Origin: Leptolyngbyaceae cyanobacterium
GTDB taxonomy: Bacteria; Cyanobacteriota; Cyanobacteriia; Phormidesmidales; Phormidesmidaceae
DNA length: 64,000 bases
Direction of reading: 5' to 3'
Assembly (NCBI GenBank): GCA_965263355.1
Contig: CBDHHL010000032.1
Span: 448,001-512,000 of the forward strand
The translations under genes and the position numbers were made by a program. Within the stretch, counting starts at the first letter, position 1, and each line of letters starts with the position of its first letter. Below the pieces are notes generated by a model. It had not been told where the DNA came from. It ran no database searches and was given only the letters and a program-made list of their open reading frames with translations. This document shows, in pieces, positions 11,968-22,942 of this stretch.

Positions 11968-12558
11968 ATGAATAATTACCCCCATGTAACCACGACACTA
12001 GCCCCTTGGCGATCTGCTTTAGCTCGAGCCCTTCATCGCAATCGTGCACGAGCCTACTGTCGTTACTTGCAGTTAGCCACTGTTAACCTAGAAGGTAAAC
12101 CCTCTAATCGTACCGTAGTTTTTCGTGGATTTGTTGATGAAAAACTGCAAATGGTGACCGATGGCCGCAGTGAGAAAGTCAACCAAATTCAAGCCTGCCC
12201 TTGGGCTGAAATTTGCTGGTACTTTACGGTAACCCGAGAACAGTTCCGGATCGCTGGCGAGTTGACTCTGATTGGCTCAGATAACGACGATCCGAAATCC
12301 ATACGTCTCAATGCTTGGCAAACCTTGTCAGCAACTGCCCACCAACAGTTTTATTGGCCCCATCCAGGCCATTTAAGAACAGATGAAAACACATTTGAGC
12401 CCACTAATATGGCGACGGAGCAGCCTCCAGATAGTTTCTCTGTACTGCTTCTAAATGCTAACCGGGTAGATTACTTGGTTCTGCGAGGCACACCCCAGAA
12501 TCGGTTTGTCTATGAATGGATGAATGGGGCATGGGTGGTTCAGGAGGTTAATCCTTAA
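11968..12558 (+). CDS. Pyridoxamine 5'-phosphate oxidase-like FMN-binding protein
   Basis: YLQLATV...P.NRTVVFRGF...TDGRSEK...EICWYF...REQFRI. Confidence 0.85.
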   Translation: MNNYPHVTTTLAPWRSALARALHRNRARAYCRYLQLATVNLEGKPSNRTVVFRGFVDEKLQMVTDGRSEKVNQIQACPWAEICWYFTVTREQFRIAGELTLIGSDNDDPKSIRLNAWQTLSATAHQQFYWPHPGHLRTDENTFEPTNMATEQPPDSFSVLLLNANRVDYLVLRGTPQNRFVYEWMNGAWVVQEVNP

Positions 12559-12579
12559 ACGGAGCAGTCCCCTTAAGTT

Positions 12580-13341
12580 CTAACTCTGGGGGCAGCCGTC
12601 TAAAAATTCTTCAATGATGCGATCCTGTAATCTACAGCAGTCACCTGCATCAGAGGCTTTTGGTTCAGTATGATCAGACGACTGTCTGGCGGATATGGGA
12701 GTAGGGAGCGATGCCTGCTGAAGTTGAGCAATTTTCTGCTCCAAGGTTTCGATCCGGTCTACGAGAGTGCGAATGACGGCTGCTTCCGAGTCAGGTAATT
12801 GGCCATGTTCCAGGGGACCTGGTCGACTTGACCGATGGACGATCCGACCAGGTATACCAACTACAGTGCAGTCAGAGGGGACATCTCTGAGCACAACGGA
12901 GCCTGCACCTACGCGAACATTGTTACCAATTTGAATGTTGCCTAAGACTTTGGCACCAGCGCCGACAACGACTTGGGTACCGACTGTGGGGTGTCGCTTA
13001 CCGGTTTCTTTGCCGGTTCCGCCCAGGGTAACCCCTTGGTAGATCAAAGAATAATCGCCCACAATGGCAGTCTCGCCAATGACAACGCCCATTCCATGAT
13101 CAATAAACACCCCACAACCAATGGTGGCACCTGGGTGAATTTCAATGCCTGTAATTAGTCGAGCGACATGGGATATAAACCTGGGTAAAAAGGGTAGGCC
13201 TAAATTCCATAAACCATGGGCTAAGCGATAAAGCGATAACGCATGCAGACCTGGATAGCAAAACAAAACTTCCAGCACGTTGCGGGCAGCTGGATCTCGT
13301 TCAAAAACGACTTTAAAGTCGGCAATAAAAGTTCGTAACAC
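12580..13341 (-). CDS. cysE: Serine O-acetyltransferase
   Basis: [39 protein letters not shown]; start placed at GTG 13341, which has a GAGGA RBS upstream. Confidence 0.95.
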   Translation of the reverse strand: MLRTFIADFKVVFERDPAARNVLEVLFCYPGLHALSLYRLAHGLWNLGLPFLPRFISHVARLITGIEIHPGATIGCGVFIDHGMGVVIGETAIVGDYSLIYQGVTLGGTGKETGKRHPTVGTQVVVGAGAKVLGNIQIGNNVRVGAGSVVLRDVPSDCTVVGIPGRIVHRSSRPGPLEHGQLPDSEAAVIRTLVDRIETLEQKIAQLQQASLPTPISARQSSDHTEPKASDAGDCCRLQDRIIEEFLDGCPQS

Positions 13342-13643
13342 GTAGACGTCCTCAAAGGTATTAGTTCGCTGCTGATTTTCAGTTAGGGCGGCAACTAGAA
13401 TGCGGTTTAAGTGGCACATTCGCCAGCGTCGCAACAGAGCCCTTGGATAAGATTAGCAACAGCGCAATGGACTCGTTGATAGATTTAGATATGACGCCAG
13501 TGCAAAGACACATTCAGGAACCAGCATACCGCAGGGAAAGAAGTTCAGCCTGAACGTTGCCTGAACTTAGTTGTGGAGCAACGCTAACTAAGGCGGTGGG
13601 TGTTGAGTGGTGTATTGAAAATTGTGTGAAGTGGAATTAAGTC

Positions 13644-14552
13644 ATGGTAGGTCCACAATCTTCCCGTTATATTCTTTTTGTGCAGCACGGTTGGCATGAT
13701 ACCAATCGCCGTATGCAGCGCCTTGGACATTCACTGGCAGATGACCAGACAGAAGTGATTGCGCCTAATCTGGGACTGATTAAAACCTGGTGGCGGATTG
13801 AACCGTTGATTAAACAGGTGGAACGGGTGGCGATCGCCACCCATCAACGCTACCCACATCGCCCCTGGCGCATTGTTGGTCATTCCATGGGCGGTCTGAT
13901 TTGGCTAGAACTGTTGCAGCGTCATTCTGAATGGTGGCCTCAGATCAATTCAGTTAGCTTGGTGAGTTCCCCCGTTGGTGGGGCAGATTTGGGCAGAATT
14001 TTTGATCCGTTCCGCTGGGGCATTGGCATTGCCAGGGATCTGGGCACCGACCGTCGAGCGATCGCAGAACAGTTGGCCCGACATATCCCGATGCAAACCA
14101 TTGCCAGCGATTACGATGGCGGCAGCGATGGCACGGTACCGATTCAGTGCTCCCAATTTCGCTATGCCAGCTACACCCAGCTTAGGGGTATTCGTCACGA
14201 CAATACCAAAGATCATCCCGATGTCACGTCAGCGATTCAAACCTTTTGGACCAGGCTGCCGATTGCGCCAGTGCGGCCTGTAGACCCGTTAGCAGACGCC
14301 ATAGTCGCCGACCTTCAAGCTATTCCAGGAATGACCGATGCCCACCCGCGTGACTTTAAACGAGCCACTGTCTGGGCCACCCTTAGGGATGGGTTCACCT
14401 TACGCACCTGGCGTCATCCCTTGGGCATCCACCATGTGTTTCTTGCTGATGCGTTGCAGCGCAGCTGTTTTGCTGGATTTGTCGGCTGGCCCGATACGCC
14501 CTATCTGTATGAACGATTAGCTGCGATTAAACAGCGATATGGCCAAAGCTGA
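13644..14552 (+). CDS. Alpha/beta hydrolase (lipase-like)
   Basis: QHG oxyanion motif, GHSMGG nucleophile elbow, SDGTVP, His near IRHD. Confidence 0.85.
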   Translation: MVGPQSSRYILFVQHGWHDTNRRMQRLGHSLADDQTEVIAPNLGLIKTWWRIEPLIKQVERVAIATHQRYPHRPWRIVGHSMGGLIWLELLQRHSEWWPQINSVSLVSSPVGGADLGRIFDPFRWGIGIARDLGTDRRAIAEQLARHIPMQTIASDYDGGSDGTVPIQCSQFRYASYTQLRGIRHDNTKDHPDVTSAIQTFWTRLPIAPVRPVDPLADAIVADLQAIPGMTDAHPRDFKRATVWATLRDGFTLRTWRHPLGIHHVFLADALQRSCFAGFVGWPDTPYLYERLAAIKQRYGQS

Positions 14553-14696
14553 TGTTGTTAATTTGTGAGCACATCAATTTACGATACTCTTGCTGAGTAA
14601 GCTCAGTTGGTGACAACCTAGGGCAGAACATGATGTATGTACTGTTTAAGGTGTGATGCCTGCTGAGTATATGTATGCGATGGCTGTTCAGCATAG

Positions 14697-15062
14697 ATGG
14701 AGAGGATATTGTCCCAGATGCCTACACCGTTTTTATTACCTATTCTTATTTTGGCTTCAGTCATCCTAAATACGTTAGGCCAAAGTTTATTAAAGCTTGG
14801 AGCGGGGCAAAATCCGTTTAATTTGTATCTGTTTAGTGGATTAGCTGCCTACGGTATCAGCACAGTTTTTTATGTGACGGTGTTGGGTAAACTCAATGTC
14901 TCGGTTGTTTATCCCGTGGTGATTGGTTTGACTATTCTCTCCACCACCTTTGCTGGCATGCTTCTATTAAAGGAACAGGTATCTGCTCTGCATTGGTTTG
15001 GCATTGGGCTGATGATAAGTGGTATTTCAGCCATTGCGGTTGGCAAAATAATTTCAATTTAG
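14697..15062 (+). CDS. SMR/EamA-like small membrane transporter (ArnE/F-like)
   Basis: 4 TM helices, GQSLLKLG, VSVVYP, LLKE. Confidence 0.75.
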   Translation: MERILSQMPTPFLLPILILASVILNTLGQSLLKLGAGQNPFNLYLFSGLAAYGISTVFYVTVLGKLNVSVVYPVVIGLTILSTTFAGMLLLKEQVSALHWFGIGLMISGISAIAVGKIISI

Positions 15063-15118
15063 CCCTACTTAAAGACTTAATGTCTTGGTGAATCTTACCC
15101 CCCTGAAGGAGATGTCCT

Positions 15119-16813
15119 GTGTCACAGCTTCCCCAATCGTCAGCAACCGGTTCTACTGGTCAAGGCCAGCATTTTATTGAGCAGATCCGGATTGAGTGGA
15201 TTTTGATTACGGCGATTGCGATCGCATGTCTGCTCCGAGTCATTTATGTAGGTGTGCGAGAACTTTGGTACGACGAAGTGTTGTCACTGTTGCTGTCTAC
15301 CAGCCAACGAGCGAGCTACACTGACCCACCGACTACACCCATTGCTCTGGCTAATTACAGTGCCCTGTTACAGCTCCCCAAGTTTAACGGTATTGGTGAT
15401 TTGATTAAAGCCATAAAGCCCCTATTACAAGGGCTGGTTGGTCGTGAACCCCATCCGCCATTGTTCTTTTTGTCCCAGTATTTGTGGTTACCCCTGACCG
15501 GCACTAAAGAAGCCGCCCTGCGTGGGCTCAACCTGTTGTTAAGTTTAGGCGCAATCTTAGGAGCCTATGGCATGGGCAAGGCCCTATTTAATCACCGGGG
15601 TGGGCTGGTGCTCGCAGCTTTACTAGGGTTAAACCCGTTTTACTGGTTTCACTCCCTCAATCTGCGCATGTACTGCCCAGCGGTTTTGTGGGTTACCCTG
15701 AGCGGCTGGGCGACACTACAGCTCTGTAATCAGCGATCTCCTCGTCCAATGCGACTATTGTGGTATCTGGTGCTTACCCTGTCTATTGCGGCTGGAATGT
15801 TAACCTATTATCTCTCTGCCCTATGGTTTTTATCATTGGGCTGTGTGATTCTCATCCAAGACCGCAAACGCTGGTGGCAGTACGCTCTGTGTGGCTTTGG
15901 TGCCATATTTTTAGCAGCACCCTGGTTTTATTGGGGGCTGCCCCAACAGCTGAGAAATGTAGACCTCAATCGTTTTGCCACTAAAAGTAGTTTGGGAGAA
16001 ACCATTGCCAAGCATACTCAAGGCGTATTAGAAGTACTTGGGATTCAACTCACGGTGGGCGATTGGGCAACAAGTTTGCCAGCTGCTGTTGTGTTAGGGA
16101 TGGGGGTACTTGCCATACTGTTATTAGCAACAGTTATCTGGCAGCTATGGCGGCTGTTACGCAATGATTCTCCTGCATTACTATTTTCTGTCATAATTTT
16201 AGGATGTTTGCCCTTATTGTTAATGCTAGGGTCTGATATTTTGTCGGGCAAATCTACATTGGCTTGGGGTTTTGGACGCAGTGCGATTTTTATTTTGCCT
16301 GGGTTTTTGTTGCTGGTGACAGCCTGGTTAATGAATCTGTCTAATACCTGGCAAAAACTAGCATTAATAGCAATCTTGGTTCTATATCTCGGGTTAAATG
16401 TGGGCGATATGGTTGGACGCAATCGCCAGGTATTTCAACAGATTTCTGCCACGGCAACAGCGTCAGACACTACGCTAATAGCTATGAATTCAAAGGCCTG
16501 GGGCCATGTGTTGCGGTTGGTTTACTATTTTCCTAGTGATACGCCTGTGAAGTTATTGGCGACTGATGCGGCTATGCTGCCTGATGCATTAGAGAGTGCT
16601 TTATCTGACTCAGGAGAAAAGTATGACCAAATTCTTTGGTTAGAATCGGGAAGACCGGTGTGGAATGCGCCAACAGAGGCTGAGGCTGAGCAAATTCGTC
16701 AGGCTATCGATGGTCTTTTGGGGGCTGATTATCGGGTGGTGGGGCAACAGGAATTGGTCGGTACGATGAAGTTGGATCGGTTTAGTTTAAAGACTTATGA
16801 GAAAGTATCTTAG
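15119..16813 (+). CDS. GT-C fold glycosyltransferase (GT39/ArnT-like)
   Basis: LWYDE motif, EPHPPLFF, RMY, multiple TM helices. Confidence 0.8.
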   Translation: MSQLPQSSATGSTGQGQHFIEQIRIEWILITAIAIACLLRVIYVGVRELWYDEVLSLLLSTSQRASYTDPPTTPIALANYSALLQLPKFNGIGDLIKAIKPLLQGLVGREPHPPLFFLSQYLWLPLTGTKEAALRGLNLLLSLGAILGAYGMGKALFNHRGGLVLAALLGLNPFYWFHSLNLRMYCPAVLWVTLSGWATLQLCNQRSPRPMRLLWYLVLTLSIAAGMLTYYLSALWFLSLGCVILIQDRKRWWQYALCGFGAIFLAAPWFYWGLPQQLRNVDLNRFATKSSLGETIAKHTQGVLEVLGIQLTVGDWATSLPAAVVLGMGVLAILLLATVIWQLWRLLRNDSPALLFSVIILGCLPLLLMLGSDILSGKSTLAWGFGRSAIFILPGFLLLVTAWLMNLSNTWQKLALIAILVLYLGLNVGDMVGRNRQVFQQISATATASDTTLIAMNSKAWGHVLRLVYYFPSDTPVKLLATDAAMLPDALESALSDSGEKYDQILWLESGRPVWNAPTEAEAEQIRQAIDGLLGADYRVVGQQELVGTMKLDRFSLKTYEKVS

Positions 16814-16855
16814 AAGAAGAAGACAAGAGAATGCATATAATCCAAATCATGGTTC

Positions 16856-17689
16856 TTAGGTTTCTTCTAGGACTGACAGCTGTTCGCCTCGCTGAGCATA
16901 AAAGACATCTTCTACATCGCCGCGACGAAATAGGGGTTGTTGTTGGCGTTTAGACAGTCGATGTTCCAGTCCAGCTTTAATGAGTAAATCTAGGATGTCT
17001 TTTTTGCGTTGACCAAACATGGCAGCTGCATCCTGGAGCCGAATCCATTGCTGGCGAAAGAGTCCTAGAATTTTTTCTTCGGGGTCTTGTTGGATTTGGG
17101 TGAGTAAAATCTTGGCTAGGAGCCAGCAGGCTTTGGTATCGGCCTCGGCGCGGTGGGATGTGCCGACGTCAAAGTTGAAGTGTTTGACTAAATTGGGCAA
17201 GCTGCGGGACGGCAGGTCTGCCAGTAGTAGCCGGGAAAGTAGGACGGTGCAAAAGCGGTGGCTGGGGGGACGATGGTAGTGAACGTCAAGGCGTTTGTAT
17301 TCGGATTGGAGAAAGCCGTAGTCAAAGTCCAGGTTATGGGCGGTGAGGACGTCTTGGCGGAGTAGGGATTCGTAGTCGGCCCACACTTCCTCGGGGTAGG
17401 GGGCTTTGCTGACCATGGCGGTGGTGATGCCGGTAATTTTGGTGATGAAGGGGGGCACCTTGCCAGTGGGGTTAATCAAGGAGGTTTCCTGCTGCAGGAT
17501 ACCGTCAGTGAGGTTGGCTTTGAGGACGGAAACTTCGATAACGTTGGATTTGTAGGCGACGGAGCCGGTGGTTTCGACGTCGACGACGGTAAGGGTGGAT
17601 TGGCTTACCCGCCGGTAAAAGGCCAGCAGTTGCTTGGACAAGAGGGAGGATTGGCCCTGGTATTTTTTGTCCGACGGTTGAGCGGCCAT
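16856..17689 (-). CDS. DEDDh 3'-5' exonuclease (DnaQ-like) with C-terminal extension
   Basis: VVDVETTG, AHNLDFDYGFL, HRAEADT. Confidence 0.9.
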   Translation of the reverse strand: MAAQPSDKKYQGQSSLLSKQLLAFYRRVSQSTLTVVDVETTGSVAYKSNVIEVSVLKANLTDGILQQETSLINPTGKVPPFITKITGITTAMVSKAPYPEEVWADYESLLRQDVLTAHNLDFDYGFLQSEYKRLDVHYHRPPSHRFCTVLLSRLLLADLPSRSLPNLVKHFNFDVGTSHRAEADTKACWLLAKILLTQIQQDPEEKILGLFRQQWIRLQDAAAMFGQRKKDILDLLIKAGLEHRLSKRQQQPLFRRGDVEDVFYAQRGEQLSVLEET

Positions 17690-17742
17690 AGTGGGTGGCG
17701 GGGACAGCGTAGTTATTTTAGCGTTACAACTATAGTCTGCCT

Positions 17743-17913
17743 TTGAACAGCCAAACTATTATACAAACTACGGGACGGGAGCAAGCGGGTAATGCTCGTC
17801 CTTGTTTGGTGCTTAGCCGTACTCAGTTTAATCAGGCGAGAAAAGGGATTGTGATTGTTTCTTCGATTACGAGTACGGTTAAGCCTGATATTAAAACGAT
17901 GATTGTTATTCCT
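17743..17913 (+). pseudogene. Truncated PemK/MazF toxin fragment
   Basis: GREQAGNARPCLVLS...FNQ...VIVSSITST; cut off by the MITE at 17914. Confidence 0.75.
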
Positions 17914-18051
17914 GGGACTGGTTCCGCCTGATGGGATGATTCAGCCAAAATGCTTGTAATGCAAGGGATACAGACGTTTTAGAAGAAGCTCGCTCAAATC
18001 GTTACTCTATAGGCCTTTCAGGCATTTTTCCCATTACACGGAACCAGTGCC
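17914..18051. mobile_element. ~138 bp MITE with ~23 bp imperfect terminal inverted repeats
   Basis: GGGACTGGTTCCGCCTGATGGGA ... TCCCATTACACGGAACCAGTGCC; no clear TSD. Confidence 0.7.
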
Positions 18052-18070
18052 CCCCCTTTTGCTTGGAGCT

Positions 18071-18761
18071 ATGTTGTCAAAACTTAAACTCGGACAAAAA
18101 TTTACCCTGATGCTGCTGGCCGTCTTTTTAGGCGGCATCCTGATGAGCGGTATTGCCCTATCCAAGCTGCTCAACTATACAGCCCAAGCAAAGTTAACCA
18201 ACAAAGCACTGATGCTGATGGAAACCATGAACTCCGTGCGTCAGTATACCGTTGAGGAGGTGAGACCAGAGTTAGCAGACCGTAGCGAAACCGAGTTTTT
18301 GCCAGAAACCGTCCCCAGCTACTCAGCCCATAGGGTGTTCGCAACACTCCAGGCCAGCCCAGATTACCAAGACTTCTTCTATAAAGAAGCCGTTCTTGAC
18401 CCCACGAACCCCAAGGACCAGGCCGATGAGTTTGAAATAGAGCTAGTGAACTCGTTTCAGCGTGAAATTCGCGAAGAATTACATGGGTTTAGAAATGTGT
18501 GTTTACAGGGTGTTTGCCCTTGCCATCTTTCTAGTTAACTTCTGGCTCAAACGCTATGTGGTGCGTCCTATAAACCGTATGGCTGCCACTGCAGAGGCCG
18601 TCAGTACTGGCGATACCCAAGCTGAATTTGTCAAATGGTCCGATGATGAGGTGGGTAACCTGACTGATTCGTTTAACCGTATGCGTCTGAGTTTGCAGAT
18701 GGCCATGCAGCGGTTAGAGCGCCATCGTCGTAAGCGTAAAGGGAGTCCAGGGGCAGGTTAA
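18071..18761 (+). pseudogene. DUF3365 (Tll0287-like)/HAMP protein gene with internal deletion and frameshift
   Basis: Similar to the N-terminus of 53132..56068 (ETVP.Y.A, YKEA.L.P.NP.DQAD.FE); CxxCH segment missing; TM/HAMP continues in another frame from ~18500. Confidence 0.8.
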
Positions 18762-18767
18762 AGGCAG

Positions 18768-18852
18768 GTAGGGGCAATCCCTTGTGGATGCCCGCACGGC
18801 TTGGGCTGGCACAAGGCACAGCCCCTACAAGATTGCAGCCCCTACAAGATTG
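18768..18852. repeat. GTAG-type REP-like palindrome pair
   Basis: GTAGGGGCAATCCCTTGTGGATGCCC followed by inverted ...CAGCCCCTAC halves; near-identical copy at 27769. Confidence 0.7.
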
Positions 18853-18888
18853 TTCTTTAAATGGTTTTACCTGACATAGGTTGCAACA

Positions 18889-20464
18889 TCATTTTGTCTT
18901 CACGCTAATCTCACTGCGTAGCTCTTTGCGAAACTCTTGGGCCTTTGCACCATCTGGAATTTCTCTAGCTAACCGGTCAACAAACCTGGGCGGACTCAGG
19001 TCTGGATAGTCCGCCAGGGTATCTTCCACAATCATGCTGGCCATGGGACCAATACAATGAGCCAGGGCCTGACGACAGCGAGTAATCAGCTCAGGCGTTA
19101 ACCCTTGCTGACGTTGTTGCAGTACGGTGTTAATCTCAGGCATTGTGTCGCTGGCGGCCAATGCTTCATCTGGGATACAAATGTGGCTTAAAAAGACCGT
19201 GGCCTGATCGGCGTCGGATATTTGTCCTGCTAGAATTTCAACAATTTCCTGGGGAGTTGCATGGGGATTGTCCTCTAATGTTTCTTCGATTACCATGTCG
19301 GCAATGGGGCCGATGCAGCGGCTAAGTTCATCACGACATTGGGCAATATAAAGACGGATCGGGTCGAGAGACATCTGCCTGCTTGGGAAGAACTGCGGCT
19401 GCAGGAAGGGGCTGAATAGGGGTGAGAGTTTTATTAAAGTCTTTAGGCAGTAACGGTGTGAGCCGCTCGAACACCTCCTGGGCAGATTGAAATCTATCCA
19501 GGGGCTGTTGCCGAGTCATGGTGGCTATAATTTTCCCCAGCTTTGGATTAATCTTTGCATGGGGTGTCCAGTCCATGTCCAGGGTATGCGAGTCCATTAG
19601 ATCGCGGGGATGCTTGCCTGTGAGGAGGACCAGCGCTGTTACTCCAAGGGCATATAAATCACCAGAGGGGGCGCATTTGCCAAACATTTGTTCTGGCGGG
19701 GAATAGCCAAATTTGCCGACGGCGGTTAATGCCTTTTGTGGAGTTTCATTCTGGGTCACTATGTCTGATAAGGAGTCAGACATAGTGTTGTTGACCAGGC
19801 CAAAGTCGATTAGGACAGGGAGGTTGCGATCGCGAGAATACATCACATTCTCAGGTGAAATATCGCGATGCATAATGTTTAGACTATGCAAGTAATCCAA
19901 CACCCTTAGCATATGGGCTAACCAGACGATCACCTCAGCTTCAGTGAACACCTTAGACTGCTTTTTGCGCTGCTGGAGCAGTTTTAGGTAGGTGACTCCG
20001 TTAATGTATTCCTGCACGATAAACAACCGTTTCGCCTGGGTAAAACAGGCCATAAACTTAGGAATTTGCGGATGGTCAATGCTGTGGAGCGTCTTTGCTT
20101 CCCGCTGAAACAGTTCAATCGCTTTTTTTAAGAATTTGCTTTGTTTTTGAATCGGGCGTAGCTCCTTGAGGACACACAGTTCACCAAACCGCTGGGTGTC
20201 TTCCGCCAGATACGAAAAGCCAAATCCACCCTGTCCTAACATCCGTTTGATGGTATAGCGCCCTGCTACTTTAGTGCCCTCAGCTAGCACTGGCGTTGGT
20301 GTTTGGGAGGCCGTTTGAACAGACGGCTGCCAATGTTTTGTTTTTTGTGCGTCAGTTGTAGCAACAGATACGGACATGCGGGCACTAAAGCCAACCGCAT
20401 CAGTCACAACAATAGCGGCTAGAGCACGCTGTCCTCGGCTAGGGGTGGGAAGGTCGCTGGGCAT
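18889..20464 (-). pseudogene. Ser/Thr kinase gene with a remnant adenylate-cyclase N-terminus and a frameshifted C-terminal repeat domain
   Basis: Kinase motifs (GQGGFG, HRDISPEN, DFG) in 19331..20464; N-terminal LAAIVVTDAVGFS matches the start of a class III cyclase; duplicated CR..L..CIGP.A domain in 18889..19374 joins if 1 nt is removed near 19350. Confidence 0.7.
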
Positions 20465-20957
20465 GGACGTAGGGGCGTTATAAAAACGTCACATTTTTGA
20501 ACAAATGAAATCAATGGTTAATGCCTTGTCTAAGGAGTCTACAAAGATGACATGAGACGGAGATGAACTGCCGTACGAAATATCATCAAGGGAACATCAC
20601 AACGCTATAACCTTCACGCAAAGGCTGGGCATTTTCCGATGAAATCCCCTGTGACGCCCTAGAAACCGTACATCCATACAAGTCAGTAAAAGTAACCAGA
20701 AAATTGGTTCCATGCGTAGGTCTTCAAGCTTGTACAGATTTGACAGTATAAGTTTCTATTTCAATTACAAAGCTTAATCACCCTGAATTGATAGATATCC
20801 GTAAATTTATGCTTATGGATAACCTGATGAGCAGTATCAAGGAAATGAGGGTTGATATCCAGTTAATTTGGACAAGGTTTAGCGATAGCATTTAAAAATT
20901 GACGTTTTTTAACCCCCTACTTTAGTGCAAACAGCAACCCCAAAGGGCACACAACCT

Positions 20958-21815
20958 ATGGACACACAGAACCTGAGCCGAATTATCGACACCGCCTGGG
21001 AAAACCGTAGTTCGATCAATTCCAGTACATCAGGCGAAACCCGTGATGCCATTGAATATGTAGTTAACGGTCTCGATAGTGGCCAGTATCGTATTTGTGA
21101 AAAATCAGGTGATGGCTGGAACGTCAACCAATGGCTAAAAAAGGCCGTACTGATGTCCTTTCGCCTGAATGACTCCACCGTTATTTCTAGCGGTTTAACC
21201 TATGCCGAAATGGGTGACGCTCCCTGGTTTGATAAAGTCCCTTCCAAGTTTTCCGGTTGGACCCAAGAGGACTATGCCCAAGCCGGTTTTCGTGCCGTAC
21301 CCAACTGCGTCGTCCGCCGGGGATCCTACGTTGCCAGTAACGTGGTGCTGATGCCCAGCTTTGTCAATATCGGCGCATACGTTGACAGTGGCACCATGGT
21401 AGACAGCTATGTCACTGTCGGCTCCTGTGCCCAAATTGGCAAAAACTGCCACCTATCTGCAGGGGTTGTCATTGGTGGTGTACTGGAGCCTATACAGGCC
21501 AACCCCGTCATCATTGAAGACAATGTCTTTGTCGGCGGCCAAAGCGAAGTTTCCGAGGGGGTCATTGTTAGAGAAGGAGCGGTGTTAGCCATTGGGGTGT
21601 ACCTAAGTCAGTCCACCAAGATTGTTAACCGCGACACAGGCGAGATTACCTATGGTGAGATTCCCCCATATTCTGTTGTTGTACCTGGAGCATTGCCTGG
21701 TAAGCCCCTAGCTGATGGGACCCCTGGCCCTAGCTTATATTGCAACGTAATTGTCAAGACTGTGGATGACAAGACCCGGTCAAAGACATCGCTCAACGAG
21801 TTGTTGCGAGATTAG
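20958..21815 (+). CDS. dapD: DapD-like tetrahydrodipicolinate N-acyltransferase (divergent)
   Basis: [56 protein letters not shown]. Confidence 0.9.
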   Translation: MDTQNLSRIIDTAWENRSSINSSTSGETRDAIEYVVNGLDSGQYRICEKSGDGWNVNQWLKKAVLMSFRLNDSTVISSGLTYAEMGDAPWFDKVPSKFSGWTQEDYAQAGFRAVPNCVVRRGSYVASNVVLMPSFVNIGAYVDSGTMVDSYVTVGSCAQIGKNCHLSAGVVIGGVLEPIQANPVIIEDNVFVGGQSEVSEGVIVREGAVLAIGVYLSQSTKIVNRDTGEITYGEIPPYSVVVPGALPGKPLADGTPGPSLYCNVIVKTVDDKTRSKTSLNELLRD

Positions 21816-21866
21816 GTTGAACCTGAAACAGTCTGTTTAGGAAAACTAATTTCTAACTAGTTCAAT

Positions 21867-21960
21867 CTCCCCTCTCGGGCGGGGTGCCTAGAGGGCGGGG
21901 TGGGTTGGCCGATAGCGCTCAATTTCGAAACCCACCCCGAAGCCCCTCCCAGGAAGGGAT
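21867..21960. repeat. GC-rich palindromic dispersed repeat between dapD and the aminotransferase
   Basis: TCCCCTCTCGGG...GGGGTGGGTT...AACCCACCCC...CCCCTCCCAGGAAGGGA. Confidence 0.55.
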
Positions 21961-21998
21961 GAATTATCGCCTAATGCATTCACTTTAAAGTCTAAATA

Positions 21999-22898
21999 AT
22001 GTCTCTTTTCCCCTTCGACCAAAAGGACGGATATCTGTGGCTCAACGGTGAAACCGTTGTCTGGAAAGATGCCAAAATTCATCCCTTGACCCACGGTCTC
22101 CACTACGCCAGTAGCGTTTTTGAAGGCGTTCGCATCTATAATGGCAAACCATTTTTACTGGCTGACCATATCGAGCGACTGCACCAGTCCACCAAAATTT
22201 TGGGCTTTGAAATTCCCTATTCCACAGATGATATTATTGCCGCTACCCACGATCTGCTCGCTAAAGAGTCCATTGATGTAGGGTATATCCGCCACTTTTC
22301 CTGGCGTGGTAGCGAACGCCTGCGGATTTATGCACCAGACACGTCCACCTGTGTAGCCATTGCCGCCTGGGCGTTTCCCACAACGTTATTTAGCATTGAG
22401 ACCAAGAAACCTTTAAAGCTCACTAGCCAGATTTCCTGGCGTAAGCCTGATCCAGCGACAGCACCTACCGTCAGTAAAGCTGGCTGTCTATATCCTATCT
22501 GCTTTATGAGCAAGCATGAAGCAGTCCAGCAAGGGTTTGATGATGCTCTAATGCTGGACTATCGAGGGCTGATTGCCGAGTCTACCGCCTCCAATGTGTT
22601 TCTGATTATGGATGGAGCTGTGCATACACCGATTCCAGACTGTTTCCTTAACGGCATTACTCGTCAAACAATTCTTAAGCTGGCAAAACAGCTTGGTATT
22701 CCTACTGTTGAGCGCCATATTAAACCAGAGGAACTAGCGCAGGCCCAAGAGGTCTTTTTAACTGGGACAACCTGTGAAATTGAGTCGATTAGCCAGATTG
22801 ATCAGCAGACATTTGCACCGTTTGGCCCAGTGACCATGCGTTTAATTGGGGCCTATAGGGACTTTGTAATGGAGCAAACGGCGGCAGTCGGTTTGTAA
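21999..22898 (+). CDS. Class IV PLP aminotransferase (IlvE-like, divergent)
   Basis: HGLHYASSVFEG, H..RL, catalytic K in SKAG, DALMLD, LNGITRQT, EVFLTGT. Confidence 0.9.
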   Translation: MSLFPFDQKDGYLWLNGETVVWKDAKIHPLTHGLHYASSVFEGVRIYNGKPFLLADHIERLHQSTKILGFEIPYSTDDIIAATHDLLAKESIDVGYIRHFSWRGSERLRIYAPDTSTCVAIAAWAFPTTLFSIETKKPLKLTSQISWRKPDPATAPTVSKAGCLYPICFMSKHEAVQQGFDDALMLDYRGLIAESTASNVFLIMDGAVHTPIPDCFLNGITRQTILKLAKQLGIPTVERHIKPEELAQAQEVFLTGTTCEIESISQIDQQTFAPFGPVTMRLIGAYRDFVMEQTAAVGL

Positions 22899-22942
22899 GG
22901 TTTGTACAATATCTAATCACTCTTCAAAAGAATTTCATTTCT

